64,000 nt of DNA from an uncultured Spirochaetota bacterium (GCA_963783575.1 CAWAOD010000013.1:32001-96000); one strand, 5' to 3'; counted from the first letter of the stretch, positions 8,680 to 19,492 are shown. A program made the numbers and translations. The notes: a model not told the origin generated them from the sequence alone.

Positions 8680-9672
8680 TTAAATTTTTTTCATCCAGGG
8701 CATTAATCCCCGCAGCTTACGGCCTGTCTCCTCAAGCTTATGCTCCGACCAGATTTTTCTTTGAGCGTTGAAAGATGTTTTATTAGCAAGATTCTCAAGC
8801 ATCCATGACTTTGCGAATTCGCCTGTTTGGATCTTTCTTAAAACTTCCCTCATCCTGGTCTTTACCGAATCATCGATTATAAAAGCGCCTGATGTATAGT
8901 CCCCGAATTCGGCGGTGTTTGAGATGGAGGACCTCATGCCGGAAATACCTTCCGTATAAATGAGGTCGACGATTAATTTCATCTCGTGGATGCATTCGAA
9001 ATAAGCCATTTCCGGGGGATACCCGGCTTCGGTGAGGGTCTCAAAAGCGGCCTTCATCAAATTTGTAACCCCGCCGCATAAAACCGCCTGCTCGCCGAAA
9101 AGGTCGGTTTCGGTCTCGTCCCTGAAAGTTGTCTCGAGGATAGCGGCTCTCGATCCGCCGATGGCTCCAGCGTATGACAGGGCGATTTTTAGCGCGTTTC
9201 CGGTATAATCCTGGTGAACTGCCACAAGGCATGGAACTCCCGCTCCCCTCTCGAACTCGGCTCGAACCATTGGGCCGACTCCTTTCGGGGCAGCCATAGC
9301 CACATCTATATTCTCCGGGGGTTCGATCTGACCGAAATGTATGTTGAATCCATGTGAAAACATAAGCATAGAACCAGGTTTCATTTTTTTCTCAATGGAA
9401 TTTTTGAAAACGATTCCCTGAATCTCGTCGGGAATAAGCATCATTATAACATCGGCCCATTCCGCAGCCTTTTCTAAAGTCATGTTCTTTAAACCGTCAG
9501 ATTCCACTTTTTTTATTGATGAGCTGCCCTCGCGGAGCCCAATTGTAACTTCAACACCCGAATCCTTTAGATTTAAGGCCTGGGCGCGGCCCTGACCGCC
9601 ATAACCGATAACCGCGACTTTTTTTCCTTTTAAAATACCTTCATTTATTTCGGTTTTTTGAAATATCTTCAT
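8680..9672 (-). CDS. ilvC: Ketol-acid reductoisomerase
   Basis: IGYGGQGRAQALNLKDSG, APKGVG, ETETDLFGEQAVLCGG. Confidence 0.98.
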   Translation of the reverse strand: MKIFQKTEINEGILKGKKVAVIGYGGQGRAQALNLKDSGVEVTIGLREGSSSIKKVESDGLKNMTLEKAAEWADVIMMLIPDEIQGIVFKNSIEKKMKPGSMLMFSHGFNIHFGQIEPPENIDVAMAAPKGVGPMVRAEFERGAGVPCLVAVHQDYTGNALKIALSYAGAIGGSRAAILETTFRDETETDLFGEQAVLCGGVTNLMKAAFETLTEAGYPPEMAYFECIHEMKLIVDLIYTEGISGMRSSISNTAEFGDYTSGAFIIDDSVKTRMREVLRKIQTGEFAKSWMLENLANKTSFNAQRKIWSEHKLEETGRKLRGLMPWMKKI

Positions 9673-9674
9673 AT

Positions 9675-10148
9675 TCAGCCTCTTATCAGGGCGACCTTGC
9701 CTGTTCTGGCCATTTCTTTAATCCCGTAGGCCTTGAGCAGGTCGACAACGGCATCAATCTTTTTGCTGTCGCCAGTAAATTCAACAGCTATTGTTTCGTG
9801 AGAAATATCGACAACCTTTCCTTTGAACACATCGGCTATTTCGATTATTTCCCTTCTTTTATTTGCTTCCGCTCCAACTTTAATCAGTGCGAGTTCCCTC
9901 GAAATGTGGTCCTGTTCCGTTAAATCCTTAACTTTTATGACATCGATGAGTTTATTAAGCTGTTTCTTTACCTGGTCTACAACCCTGTCATCCCCTTCCA
10001 CTAGAATTGTCATATTGGAAACGGTCGGGTCTTCGGTCTCTGCAACGGCAAGGCTTGAGATATTGAAACCCCTTGCCGAAAATAAACCGGATACTCTTGC
10101 CAGGACACCGAAATGGTTTTCAACCAAAACTGATAGTGTATATTTCAT
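9675..10148 (-). CDS. ilvN: Acetolactate synthase small subunit
   Basis: ACT domain LVENHFGVLARVSGLFSARGFNISSL, EMARTG. Confidence 0.97.
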   Translation of the reverse strand: MKYTLSVLVENHFGVLARVSGLFSARGFNISSLAVAETEDPTVSNMTILVEGDDRVVDQVKKQLNKLIDVIKVKDLTEQDHISRELALIKVGAEANKRREIIEIADVFKGKVVDISHETIAVEFTGDSKKIDAVVDLLKAYGIKEMARTGKVALIRG

Positions 10149-10211
10149 GGTTATTTCTCCTCAATAAAATTTCTATTACTCTGGTTCTTATAAAAACTCG
10201 GGTGAGTAATA

Positions 10212-11924
10212 TCAGGCAAGCCCTCCGATCATCTGCGTCAAATTGGCTCCTGCAGGAACCATCGGAAAAACATTTTCTTCCTTGCTTATGATAACATCCA
10301 GAATTGCGGGTCCGTCGTATGCGATCATGTCCTTAAGCGCGGCCTCAAGCTCGGAAGGTTTTGAAACCCTTTTCCCCCAAAATCCGTAAGCCTCAGCAAT
10401 CTTTACAAAATCAGGATAATACTTACCGGTAGATTTATTTTCATGATGCTTTTCAAGCAAAACGGCAGAATATCTTTTTTTATAGAACAGCTCCTGCCAT
10501 TGCCTTACCATTCCCAGATAGCTGTTGTCCATTATTACTACTTTGATATTAATGTCATTATTGATTGCTGTGGCGAGTTCCTGGATATTCATCTGTATTG
10601 AACCGTCTCCGGCAATATTGATAACCAGTTCCTTTTTTAATGCCGCCTTTGCTCCGATTGAAGCCGGCAGGCCGTAACCCATAGTACCCAAACCTCCCGA
10701 GGTAAGGAATTTCCTTGGGCTTTTAAAATTATAATATTGTGCAGTCCACATTTGGTGCTGTCCGACTTCGGTAGCTATTATCGCCTTACCTTTTGTCAAT
10801 TCGCATATTTTTTCTATGACATACTGCGGTTTTATTTCTGTATCGCTTTTTTGATATGCAAGCGGGTATGATTTCTTCCATTCTCTGATCTGGTCTATCC
10901 AGGGCTTTATGTCCAGAGGTTTAATATCTTTTAAAAATTCAGTTAAAACTTCTTTTACATCTCCGACGATTGGAATATCAACAACAACTGTTTTACTTAT
11001 CGAAGTCGGATCGATATCGATATGGATTATTTTGGCATTATGTGCGAATTCGTCAATCCTGCCTGTAACCCTGTCGTCAAACCTTGCCCCAATTGCTATA
11101 ATAAGATCGGAATGGTGGATTGCATAATTTGCGAAAACTGTGCCATGCATACCGAGCATGCCAAGGTATAGCGGATCATTTAAATCCGATGGATAAGCCC
11201 CTAAACCCATCAATGTGGATGTGCAGGGAATTCCGGTTTTATTGACAAATTCCGTCAATTCTTTTGAGGCATTGCTCAGGATTACGCCACCGCCGAAATA
11301 AATCAGCGGTTTTTTGGATTGTTCCAATAAATTAAGCGCCTTCTTTACCTGGCCCAGATGAACCCTGACTTTCGGCTTATAACTTCTCAATTCCACTTTG
11401 TCGGGATATTCGAATTCAGCATTTGAAGTTAAAACATCTTTCGGCAGATCGATAAGGACAGGGCCTGGCCTCCCTGTACCTGCAATATAGAAGGCTTCTT
11501 TTACTATCCTTGCTATATCATTTGTATCTTTTACCAGGTAATTGTGTTTTGTGATCGGCCGAGTAATGCCGGTAATATCGGCTTCTTGAAACGCGTCGCT
11601 TCCGATCATCGAAGTAACAACCTGTCCGGTTAATGCAACCATAGGAATAGAATCCATATAAGCCGTTGCAATGCCTGTTACAAGGTTTGTAGCACCCGGT
11701 CCGCTTGTCGCCAGGCAGACACCGACCTTGCCGGTTGCTCTTGCATAACCGTCGGCGGCATGCGCCGCGCCCTGTTCATGTCGTACATGAATGAGATTGA
11801 TGCCTTTTTCATCATATAATTCGTCAAAAAGCGGTATGACAACTCCGCCCGGATAGCCGAATATAGTATCCACACCCTCTTTTTTTAAGCTCTCTATCAA
11901 TATTCTAGCACCATTTAAAACCAC
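10212..11924 (-). CDS. ilvB: Acetolactate synthase large subunit, biosynthetic
   Basis: [43 protein letters not shown] start with RBS GGAGGAGG. Confidence 0.98.
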   Translation of the reverse strand: MVLNGARILIESLKKEGVDTIFGYPGGVVIPLFDELYDEKGINLIHVRHEQGAAHAADGYARATGKVGVCLATSGPGATNLVTGIATAYMDSIPMVALTGQVVTSMIGSDAFQEADITGITRPITKHNYLVKDTNDIARIVKEAFYIAGTGRPGPVLIDLPKDVLTSNAEFEYPDKVELRSYKPKVRVHLGQVKKALNLLEQSKKPLIYFGGGVILSNASKELTEFVNKTGIPCTSTLMGLGAYPSDLNDPLYLGMLGMHGTVFANYAIHHSDLIIAIGARFDDRVTGRIDEFAHNAKIIHIDIDPTSISKTVVVDIPIVGDVKEVLTEFLKDIKPLDIKPWIDQIREWKKSYPLAYQKSDTEIKPQYVIEKICELTKGKAIIATEVGQHQMWTAQYYNFKSPRKFLTSGGLGTMGYGLPASIGAKAALKKELVINIAGDGSIQMNIQELATAINNDINIKVVIMDNSYLGMVRQWQELFYKKRYSAVLLEKHHENKSTGKYYPDFVKIAEAYGFWGKRVSKPSELEAALKDMIAYDGPAILDVIISKEENVFPMVPAGANLTQMIGGLA

Positions 11925-12061
11925 TTTGCACCTCCTCCACTTTTTATCGTATAAATAATAATTTTATAATAATTTATATTAAATTACAAATATCCAAATA
12001 AAGCAATATTTCATACAATTGCTTGACATACCAAAAAAATGAAAAAATAATGCTTTACTTT

Positions 12062-12090
12062 TAGACTTTACATGAATATCACTTTATAAT
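12062..12090 (+). promoter_or_regulatory. Putative sigma70 promoter of glgX
   Basis: TAGACT-17-TATAAT. Confidence 0.45.
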
Positions 12091-12165
12091 ATCATTTACC
12101 TATAACTTAAATTGAGAAATTTTTAATAATCTTACGATAGTGATTATAAGTTTCAAGGAAGTTTA

Positions 12166-14313
12166 ATGAGCCAATATACAATGAGGTCGGGATTAAAGGT
12201 TTCCGAAGGGAGTCCATATCTTCTGGGAAGTACACTGGAGTCCAATGGATGCAACTTTGCCCTGTTCTCAAAAAATGCCACATCAGTGACCCTGTTGTTA
12301 TTTAATGATTATACCGACTCCAGGCCCGCATACAGAATTAGTTTTAACGATAAAATAAATAAAACCGGCGATATCTGGCATATTTTCATTTGCGGTATTA
12401 GAGCAGGGCAATACTACGGATATAGTGTTGATGGGCCTTACCAGCCGGTTAAATTTGGGCACAGGTTCAATAAAAATAAGTTATTAATTGACCCTTATAC
12501 AAAAGCTGTAAGCGGCCGTTATTACTGGAACGGAACCGATGCATACGGGTATTCGCCCAATTCCCGTTTAGGAGATCTGTCTTTTAACAAACAGAATAAT
12601 TTTGGCTCGGTTGTTAAAAGCATAGTTGTCGGGGATTTTAATTTCAATTGGGAGGGAGACAGGCCTCTTAACATACCGATGTATGAGACCATAATTTATG
12701 AAATCCATGTCAGAGGCTTTACACAGGATAAAACTTCCGGCATCAAGCATCCAGGTACATATTTAGGCATAGCTGAAAAAATAGATTATTTAAAAGACCT
12801 GGGTATAACAACGCTTGAGTTGATGCCTGTCCAGGAATTCAATGAACTTGAAAACATTAAAAAAAATCCGGTAACGGGGGAAAAACTTAAAAATTTCTGG
12901 GGCTATTCACCCTTGGCGTTTTTTGCCCCGGATTCCTGGTATTCAACAGACCGAACGGGATTAAGTGCCGTAATTGAATTTAAGGAAATGGTAAAAGCCC
13001 TGCATAAAGCAGGTATTGAAGTAATCCTGGATGTGGTTTATAACCACACCGGAGAGGGGAATGAATACGGTCCCACTTTAAGTTTCCGCGGATTGGATAA
13101 CTCAATTTATTACATGCTTGAAAATGGAAGGAATTATAAAAATTATTCCGGCTGCGGCAATACCCTTAACTGCAATCACCCGGTAGTAAAAAAATTGATA
13201 ATAGACAGCCTGAGGTATTGGGTCATAGATATGCATATTGATGGTTTCCGGTTTGATCTTGCTGCTATTCTTGGGAGGGATGAGAACGGCAATTGGGTTC
13301 CTAATTATTCCGTTTTATCGGAAATCTCACATGACCCTATTTTATCAAACACAAAGATAATAGCTGAAGGGTGGGATGCCGCCGGGCTTTATGAGGTTGG
13401 AGGATTCCCGCCGGGATGGGCTGAATGGAATGCTCAATTCCGTGATGATGTACGCTGTTTTGTAAAAGGGGATAATGACAAAGTTGAATCCCTATCAAAA
13501 CGGATTGCGGGTAGCGCCGATTTGTTTTCGTTTAAAGAAAGACGGCCTTATCAAAGTATAAATTTTATTACTGTTCATGACGGATTTACTCTGAATGATC
13601 TTGTTAGTTATAATGAAAAGCACAATGAAGAAAACGGCGAAAATAATAGTGACGGGTTGAATTATAATGCAAGCTGGAATTGTGGGAACGAAGGGCCGAC
13701 GGGCGATCAATCGATCCTTGAATTGAGAGACAGGCAGATGAAAAATCTACTCGCTTTGCTATTGTTAAGCCAGGGAACACCAATGATAGCAAGCGGCGAT
13801 GAAATGAAATTTACAAAAAGAGGGAACAATAATACATACTGTCATGATAATAGTTATAACTGGCTTGATTGGGAATCGCTGAGTAAAAACAATGAATTTT
13901 TTCAGTATTGTAGATTTTTAGTTAGTTTTCGGAAAAGCTATTCGGTTTTTAACCGTAAGAGTTTTATTATTGAAAATGAATTATCCGGAAACCTTATACC
14001 GCAAATTGTATGGCACGGGGTAATTCCATATAAGCCCGACTGCAGCGAGGAATCTCACTCTATCGCTTTTCAATTAATATTTCCAAGAGACGGGCAAAGG
14101 AAAATTAAAGATAGAAATTCGATTTATATGGCATTAAACGCATACTGGGAAGATTTGAATTTTACTTTACCACCTGCTGTTGAAAAAAAGGGCTGGTTGA
14201 TATTTGTGGATACTTCGGAAATTCCTTCTTTTTTTATTAAAGGAAAAGATGTTAATAGAGATGAGATTATTGTAAAATCAAGAAGTTTGATTATTTTATC
14301 GGATAGATTATAA
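12166..14313 (+). CDS. glgX: Glycogen debranching enzyme / isoamylase (GH13)
   Basis: DVVYNHT, DGFRFDLA, IAEGWD, TVHDGFTL, SWNCG, GNNNTYC. Confidence 0.96.
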   Translation: MSQYTMRSGLKVSEGSPYLLGSTLESNGCNFALFSKNATSVTLLLFNDYTDSRPAYRISFNDKINKTGDIWHIFICGIRAGQYYGYSVDGPYQPVKFGHRFNKNKLLIDPYTKAVSGRYYWNGTDAYGYSPNSRLGDLSFNKQNNFGSVVKSIVVGDFNFNWEGDRPLNIPMYETIIYEIHVRGFTQDKTSGIKHPGTYLGIAEKIDYLKDLGITTLELMPVQEFNELENIKKNPVTGEKLKNFWGYSPLAFFAPDSWYSTDRTGLSAVIEFKEMVKALHKAGIEVILDVVYNHTGEGNEYGPTLSFRGLDNSIYYMLENGRNYKNYSGCGNTLNCNHPVVKKLIIDSLRYWVIDMHIDGFRFDLAAILGRDENGNWVPNYSVLSEISHDPILSNTKIIAEGWDAAGLYEVGGFPPGWAEWNAQFRDDVRCFVKGDNDKVESLSKRIAGSADLFSFKERRPYQSINFITVHDGFTLNDLVSYNEKHNEENGENNSDGLNYNASWNCGNEGPTGDQSILELRDRQMKNLLALLLLSQGTPMIASGDEMKFTKRGNNNTYCHDNSYNWLDWESLSKNNEFFQYCRFLVSFRKSYSVFNRKSFIIENELSGNLIPQIVWHGVIPYKPDCSEESHSIAFQLIFPRDGQRKIKDRNSIYMALNAYWEDLNFTLPPAVEKKGWLIFVDTSEIPSFFIKGKDVNRDEIIVKSRSLIILSDRL

Positions 14314-14329
14314 AAATCGGAGGTAGAAA

Positions 14330-15832
14330 ATGGGTGTACAATACGCGAGTAATGCAGTCGAAGAAAGCAAATTATTTCAGTCCATTTACCCAAAGGGCTA
14401 TGAACCATATAAAATTAAAGCATTTGATATCATTGTAGCTTTCATCCTGCTTATCATCGCATTCATCGCGTATGCAAAGAGTCTGGGACCATCGGTTATA
14501 GCAGGCGACTGCGGAGAGCTTACAACTGAAATTTATAATATGGGGGCATGCCATCCGCCGGGATACCCGCTTTACGGCATAATCGGCAAATTATATACAT
14601 TCCTGCCGATAGGCGATATTGCTTACAGGGTTAATCTTTTTGCCGCTACAGCCGGAGCCGGGGCAGTTTTTTTCTTCTATCTTATTGTTGTAAAGTTTCT
14701 TGGGCTGAACCGTGATACTGGAAAACTCAGCTTTAAGATCCAGCTTCCTGCAGTCTGCGCTTCATTCCTGTTCACATTCGGTTATTCAAACTGGTGGTGC
14801 GTAGTTGGGGGAAAGTTTTATTCATTGAACACCCTTCTTGTTGCATTGATGATCTTTGTAATGATTCTCTGGTATGAAGAAATTATTTGCTTTCGTAATG
14901 AGGAGCGTCTGCATTTTGCTGAAAGAATGACCATTCTTCTTGCATTCTGTATGGGGTTGTCGCTGACAAATCACCAGCTTCCATTATCGTTTATTCTTGC
15001 TTATGTAATTTTCCTCCTGCCGGTTGCGATTATTATGGTGATTTCGGACAGATCAAAGGTTTTTAAAGAAGAAGCCAAAAAAAGATCCGGCATATTGCTG
15101 GTTTTTCTTGTGATGGCTTGCATAAGCATCTATCTTTTCCTGACTCATGGATATTTTAACAGGCTTCTTATGCCCGAGGATGTCCCGCCGATACTAACAT
15201 TTATTTTTTTAGTTCCTTCAACTATGGCGGTTTATGCCATAGCTGTTAAACTATTAAAGCTTGCGCCTAATTGGGTTGACGATCTATCAAGAGTACTGGC
15301 TATCGGTATGTGGATGTTTATTTTTGCTGTGACACTTTATCTATATTTGATGATCAGGGCTAAAGCACTGGCGCCGCTGCCCGATCCCAAACCTCTAAGC
15401 TGGGGAGACACACAGACGCTTGATATCCTTTTCAACCATATGCTCCGCAGGCAGTATGGAATGGGCGGCGGAAGCGAATTCAACAATCTCCTCGGACAGA
15501 TTAAAGCTGTGGGCGGTTTTTACGCCGATCAATTCCACTGGGTGAATCTTGTTGCCGCCGGAATAGGTTTAATATATTTCTTTATGAAGGATAAGATCTG
15601 GCCGATTTATACAATTATTGCGGTATTAATTCATGATTTTATGCTGATAAAATTCATAAATTTTGAAATTGATCCCAGGACTTTATCGTTCCAGGAATCT
15701 TTTTTTAATCAGGGTTTTATTTTTACCGCACTTTACATTGCTTTTGCTTTTCAGTTTTTCATGGATTTAACTTCAAGAGATTTTATTAAAAATGTCAGGC
15801 TTAGTTTATTAAAAGGAAGTGAAAATAAATAA
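14330..15832 (+). CDS. DUF2723 / TMEM260-like GT-C membrane glycosyltransferase
   Basis: GDCGEL...HPPGYPLY...IAYRVN, LSLTNH, YLYLMIRA...WGD, RRQYG; many TM segments. Confidence 0.8.
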   Translation: MGVQYASNAVEESKLFQSIYPKGYEPYKIKAFDIIVAFILLIIAFIAYAKSLGPSVIAGDCGELTTEIYNMGACHPPGYPLYGIIGKLYTFLPIGDIAYRVNLFAATAGAGAVFFFYLIVVKFLGLNRDTGKLSFKIQLPAVCASFLFTFGYSNWWCVVGGKFYSLNTLLVALMIFVMILWYEEIICFRNEERLHFAERMTILLAFCMGLSLTNHQLPLSFILAYVIFLLPVAIIMVISDRSKVFKEEAKKRSGILLVFLVMACISIYLFLTHGYFNRLLMPEDVPPILTFIFLVPSTMAVYAIAVKLLKLAPNWVDDLSRVLAIGMWMFIFAVTLYLYLMIRAKALAPLPDPKPLSWGDTQTLDILFNHMLRRQYGMGGGSEFNNLLGQIKAVGGFYADQFHWVNLVAAGIGLIYFFMKDKIWPIYTIIAVLIHDFMLIKFINFEIDPRTLSFQESFFNQGFIFTALYIAFAFQFFMDLTSRDFIKNVRLSLLKGSENK

Positions 15833-15883
15833 ATTACTAATTTATATTGACTGTGCGGTGTATATAGTTATATAATTAAATAT

Positions 15884-15968
15884 AAAAAAAAGCGAGGATT
15901 TTAATCCTCGCTTCACCCACAAAGTGGGTTTGCAGAATTGGGAGGGGAATCTAATTCTGCATAATTCA
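15884..15968 (-). ncRNA. Candidate small RNA (three hairpins, C-rich loop, U8 terminator)
   Basis: Minus strand: stem-loop with loop AGAUUCCCCUCCC (15931-15961), ACCCAC/GTGGGT hairpin (15915-15929), terminator AAGCGAGGATT/AATCCTCGCTT plus 8 U (15884-15913); upstream TAAA-N14-TCCGATAA. Confidence 0.5.
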
Positions 15969-16182
15969 ATTGAATTATCGGATGATGATGTCCGAATTTA
16001 AAGATATTTATAAATATTTTTTCAAATTTGTTCAAAAATCAATAATTAAACTTTAAAAAATCCGCTTCTTAAACGAGGAATACTTTATTATAAACAAAGC
16101 TAAATTAATAATTTATTAAATGAAACCAATGAAATATTATTTAACAATGTTCATTAATTAAAGAATATAATACTGAATTATT

Positions 16183-16211
16183 TGGACAGGATATTATTCT
16201 TATGATATAAT
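16183..16211 (+). promoter_or_regulatory. Putative sigma70 promoter of the first HD-GYP gene
   Basis: TGGACA-17-TATAAT with extended -10 TG. Confidence 0.55.
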
Positions 16212-16311
16212 TCTTTAATAAATCTTAAAATATTATATTTTAATTGCGTTGCAGGACAATAAATAACATTCTTAATTGATAAACAAAGTGGTTGGTTAAA
16301 ACGGGGGGGCC

Positions 16312-17505
16312 ATGGATTACAGAAATGATGTTGTTAGGGTTGAGATTTTTACTAATTTTCTCTATCCCGGGATGATTTTAAAAGGCGATGGTTTCGATGA
16401 GAATGGAAACCAGGTAATATATAAATTAACTCCTATCACTCAGGAGCAAATAGAGTATATAAAGTCCAATGGAGTTAAGAAAATTACTTATACCAGGGAA
16501 AAGCTCAGGCTGAAAAAAGATGTCTCGAAATCCATGGTCAGCGAGAAAAATGTTGAAAAAGCTATTTCCATTATAGAAGATATACAGGGAGCAATAAAGA
16601 CCGAAGGGGTAAAAGCTAAATTACCGGCGCAGGAAATCAGTGAGATTGTTAATAGCTTTATAGATGATATAAAAGGTAATGATGATGCTTTTTTGAACTT
16701 ATTGGATCTATACCATTTTGATGATTATACATACACACATTCCATAAATGTCGCAACTATATCCATATTATTAGCGCACTCGCTGAAGCTTGATGAGGAA
16801 AAAGTTAAAATAGTCGGTACGGCAGGGCTTCTTCATGATATCGGTAAAACATTAATTCCGGGAAGTGTAATTGATAAAACCGAAAAACTGAGTGAGGAGG
16901 AATGGAAAATAATCAGGAACCATGCAGTTTATGGGTATAACATTCTTCATTCGGAAAATGTTTTTGTACCGCAGGTTGAGGCTGCAGTATTATGTCACCA
17001 TGAGTGCTATACTGGAGGAGGGTATCCTTTTGGAGTTACACATGATAAACAAACGGCATTTTCTCAAATTTTGTCGATAGCCGATGTTTTTGATGCGCTT
17101 ACTTCTAAAAGGCCATACAAGGAACCATGGCTTTTCAGCAAAGCATTTGCATATTTTATGGAAAATTCAGGGAAGAAGTTTAATCCGGCAATAACCCAGG
17201 TTTTTCTCAGAGATATGACTAAAAAAATTAATGAAGAGCCTATTTATCCTGATAAATCTTTTGTTGTATTAAATACCGGTGAAATAGGATATGTAGTAGG
17301 GCATAGGCAAAGTGTTTTTTCACTAAGGCCAATAGTTAATATATTTTTAAACAGCCACCTTAAAGGCGGAGCTGTTGACAAATTACTAAAACATCCCCTT
17401 CAGATAGACCTGGAAGCGGATTATTCCAGATATGTAATTAAAAGATTGATTGATCCTGATACCGTTAATAAATTCTTCGACCTTCTGGATAAAGAGCTTG
17501 AATAA
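16312..17505 (+). CDS. HD-GYP domain cyclic-dinucleotide phosphodiesterase
   Basis: YTYTHS, LLHDIGK, HHE...GGGYP, ADVFDALTSKRPYK. Confidence 0.92.
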   Translation: MDYRNDVVRVEIFTNFLYPGMILKGDGFDENGNQVIYKLTPITQEQIEYIKSNGVKKITYTREKLRLKKDVSKSMVSEKNVEKAISIIEDIQGAIKTEGVKAKLPAQEISEIVNSFIDDIKGNDDAFLNLLDLYHFDDYTYTHSINVATISILLAHSLKLDEEKVKIVGTAGLLHDIGKTLIPGSVIDKTEKLSEEEWKIIRNHAVYGYNILHSENVFVPQVEAAVLCHHECYTGGGYPFGVTHDKQTAFSQILSIADVFDALTSKRPYKEPWLFSKAFAYFMENSGKKFNPAITQVFLRDMTKKINEEPIYPDKSFVVLNTGEIGYVVGHRQSVFSLRPIVNIFLNSHLKGGAVDKLLKHPLQIDLEADYSRYVIKRLIDPDTVNKFFDLLDKELE

Positions 17506-17658
17506 TACCTGCCTGAAAATTATGATTATCCAGTCTTAGGCTTCTTGATTTCTTTTTCTTTCAGTCAATTATAAATTAATTTTCTAATAATAAAATATTG
17601 TTAATAAAGCAACTGGATTTTATTGGTTTAACACATATAAAATTTGGAGAGTGGTGAA

Positions 17659-18849
17659 TTGAATTATAGAAGCGATGTAATGCAAGTCGAAATTTTCACA
17701 AATTTCTTGTATCCTGGAATGATCCTGAAAGGAAAAGGATATGATGAGAAAGGTAATATTGTAGTTGAAAAAGATATTCCATTGACAAAAGAGCAGATTG
17801 ATAAAATTAGAATTGATGGTGTCAAAAAGATTACATATTCCAGGGAAAAATTAAAATTAAAAAAAGATGTATCTGTATCAATGGTAAGTGATAAAAATGT
17901 TGAGAAGGCAATATCCATAATAGATGATATCCAGGGTTCCATAAAACAGGAAGGCTCAAGGGCGAGCCTGCCGGTACATGAAGTCGATGATATAATAAAA
18001 GATTTTATCAGCGATATTAAATCCAATGACAGTGCCTTCCTTAATCTTCTGGATTTATTCCATTTTGATGATTATACATACACACATTCAGTGAATGTCG
18101 CGACAATATCCATTCTACTTGGTTATTCGCTTAATCTTGATGAAGAAAAAATAAGGATTCTTGGAATATCGGGTTTACTTCATGATATAGGTAAAACCCT
18201 TATTCCGGAATCAATTGTTGACAAGGTTGAAAAATTGACGGATGTAGAATGGAAAATAATTAAAAATCATTCAGTCTACGGGTATAATATCGTTCATGCC
18301 GAAAAAATATTCGGGAACAATGTGGAAAACGCAATTTTACTGCATCATGAAAATTATATGGGCGGCGGATATCCTCTTGGAGTAAATAATGAAAAACAAA
18401 CAATTTTTTCACAGACTTTATCAGTTGCCGATGTTTTTGACGCTTTAACTTCAAAAAGGCCTTATAAAGAACCCTGGTCATTCAGTCAGGCTTTTTCATT
18501 TTTCATGGAAAATTCCGGTAAAAAATTTAATCCTAAAATTGTTCAGACCTTTCTTCGCGACCTGGCAAAAAAAATTAATGAAGAACCTGTCTACCCGGTG
18601 AAATCTTATGTTATCCTTAATACGGGAGAAGTCGGATATGTAATTGACCACCGTTTAAGCCCATATACTCTGCGGCCGATTATTAATATTTTTTACAACC
18701 AGCATATGAAAGAAGATGAACTGAAAAAAATGATTAAAATACCACTTCAAATAGACCTGGAAGGCGATTATACTCGATATATTATTAAACGGCTTATTGA
18801 TCCAGCACTGATAAAGAAATTTGATAACTTGACTGGAATTAATAAGTAA
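17659..18849 (+). CDS. HD-GYP domain phosphodiesterase, tandem paralog
   Basis: Colinear with the upstream gene over its full length; TTG 17659 (LNYRSDV) aligns with MDYRNDV; ORF open from 17644. Confidence 0.92.
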   Translation: MNYRSDVMQVEIFTNFLYPGMILKGKGYDEKGNIVVEKDIPLTKEQIDKIRIDGVKKITYSREKLKLKKDVSVSMVSDKNVEKAISIIDDIQGSIKQEGSRASLPVHEVDDIIKDFISDIKSNDSAFLNLLDLFHFDDYTYTHSVNVATISILLGYSLNLDEEKIRILGISGLLHDIGKTLIPESIVDKVEKLTDVEWKIIKNHSVYGYNIVHAEKIFGNNVENAILLHHENYMGGGYPLGVNNEKQTIFSQTLSVADVFDALTSKRPYKEPWSFSQAFSFFMENSGKKFNPKIVQTFLRDLAKKINEEPVYPVKSYVILNTGEVGYVIDHRLSPYTLRPIINIFYNQHMKEDELKKMIKIPLQIDLEGDYTRYIIKRLIDPALIKKFDNLTGINK

Positions 18850-18889
18850 AATAAGTTAAAATAATCTGTAGTAATATAAGGAAATTTGG

Positions 18890-19492
18890 ATGGTCGATTT
18901 TAATCAGATCAAATTTGATGAAAAAGGTTTTATTCGGGTAATTTTACAGGACGGACTTACCGGAAAAGTTTTAAAATTGGCGGCTATAGACAGGGTTTCA
19001 CTGGAAAAAACTGTGGAAACAGGAATTTTTCATTTTTTATCTGAGGATAATCAAGAAAATCCATACCGGAATTTAAAAGTATATGATATATTTTACGATA
19101 CAATTGAACCTTCATTACTGATTCAAATTAAAAGCGAAAGTCCGTCAGTTATACGGACCGATTACTGGTCGATTTACCGGGATTCCTTACTGGCTGATAA
19201 TAAGATTTCCATTCTTGATTTTGTTTATGAAATAATAATGGAAAGAAAAAAAACAAAACCTGAAAATTCTTATGTAGCAAAAAAGATGAGCGAGGGGTTG
19301 GACCGTATATTGAAAAAAATCGGTGAGGAAGCCGGAGAAGTTATTATTGCTTCAAAAAATGCTTCAAAAGAAGAAATCGGCTGGGAAATGGCGGATCTTA
19401 TCTTTCATTTATGGCTGATCTTAGGTTATTATGACCTGACTCCCGATATTATATATGAAAAATTATGGGAAAGACACCTTAATAAGACCTAA
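18890..19492 (+). CDS. hisE: Phosphoribosyl-ATP pyrophosphatase with degenerate N-terminal HisI-like domain
   Basis: ENSYV...ILKKIGEEAGEVIIASKN...EMADLIFH; N-terminus FDEKGFIRVILQD resembles HisI but has no Cys. Confidence 0.85.
   Translation: MVDFNQIKFDEKGFIRVILQDGLTGKVLKLAAIDRVSLEKTVETGIFHFLSEDNQENPYRNLKVYDIFYDTIEPSLLIQIKSESPSVIRTDYWSIYRDSLLADNKISILDFVYEIIMERKKTKPENSYVAKKMSEGLDRILKKIGEEAGEVIIASKNASKEEIGWEMADLIFHLWLILGYYDLTPDIIYEKLWERHLNKT

Noticed and set aside
11925..12165. T-box or leader-peptide attenuator upstream of ilvB
   Set aside because: No T-box motif, leader ORF or terminator hairpin visible
15970..16311. c-di-GMP riboswitch upstream of the HD-GYP genes
   Set aside because: No recognisable class I or class II consensus
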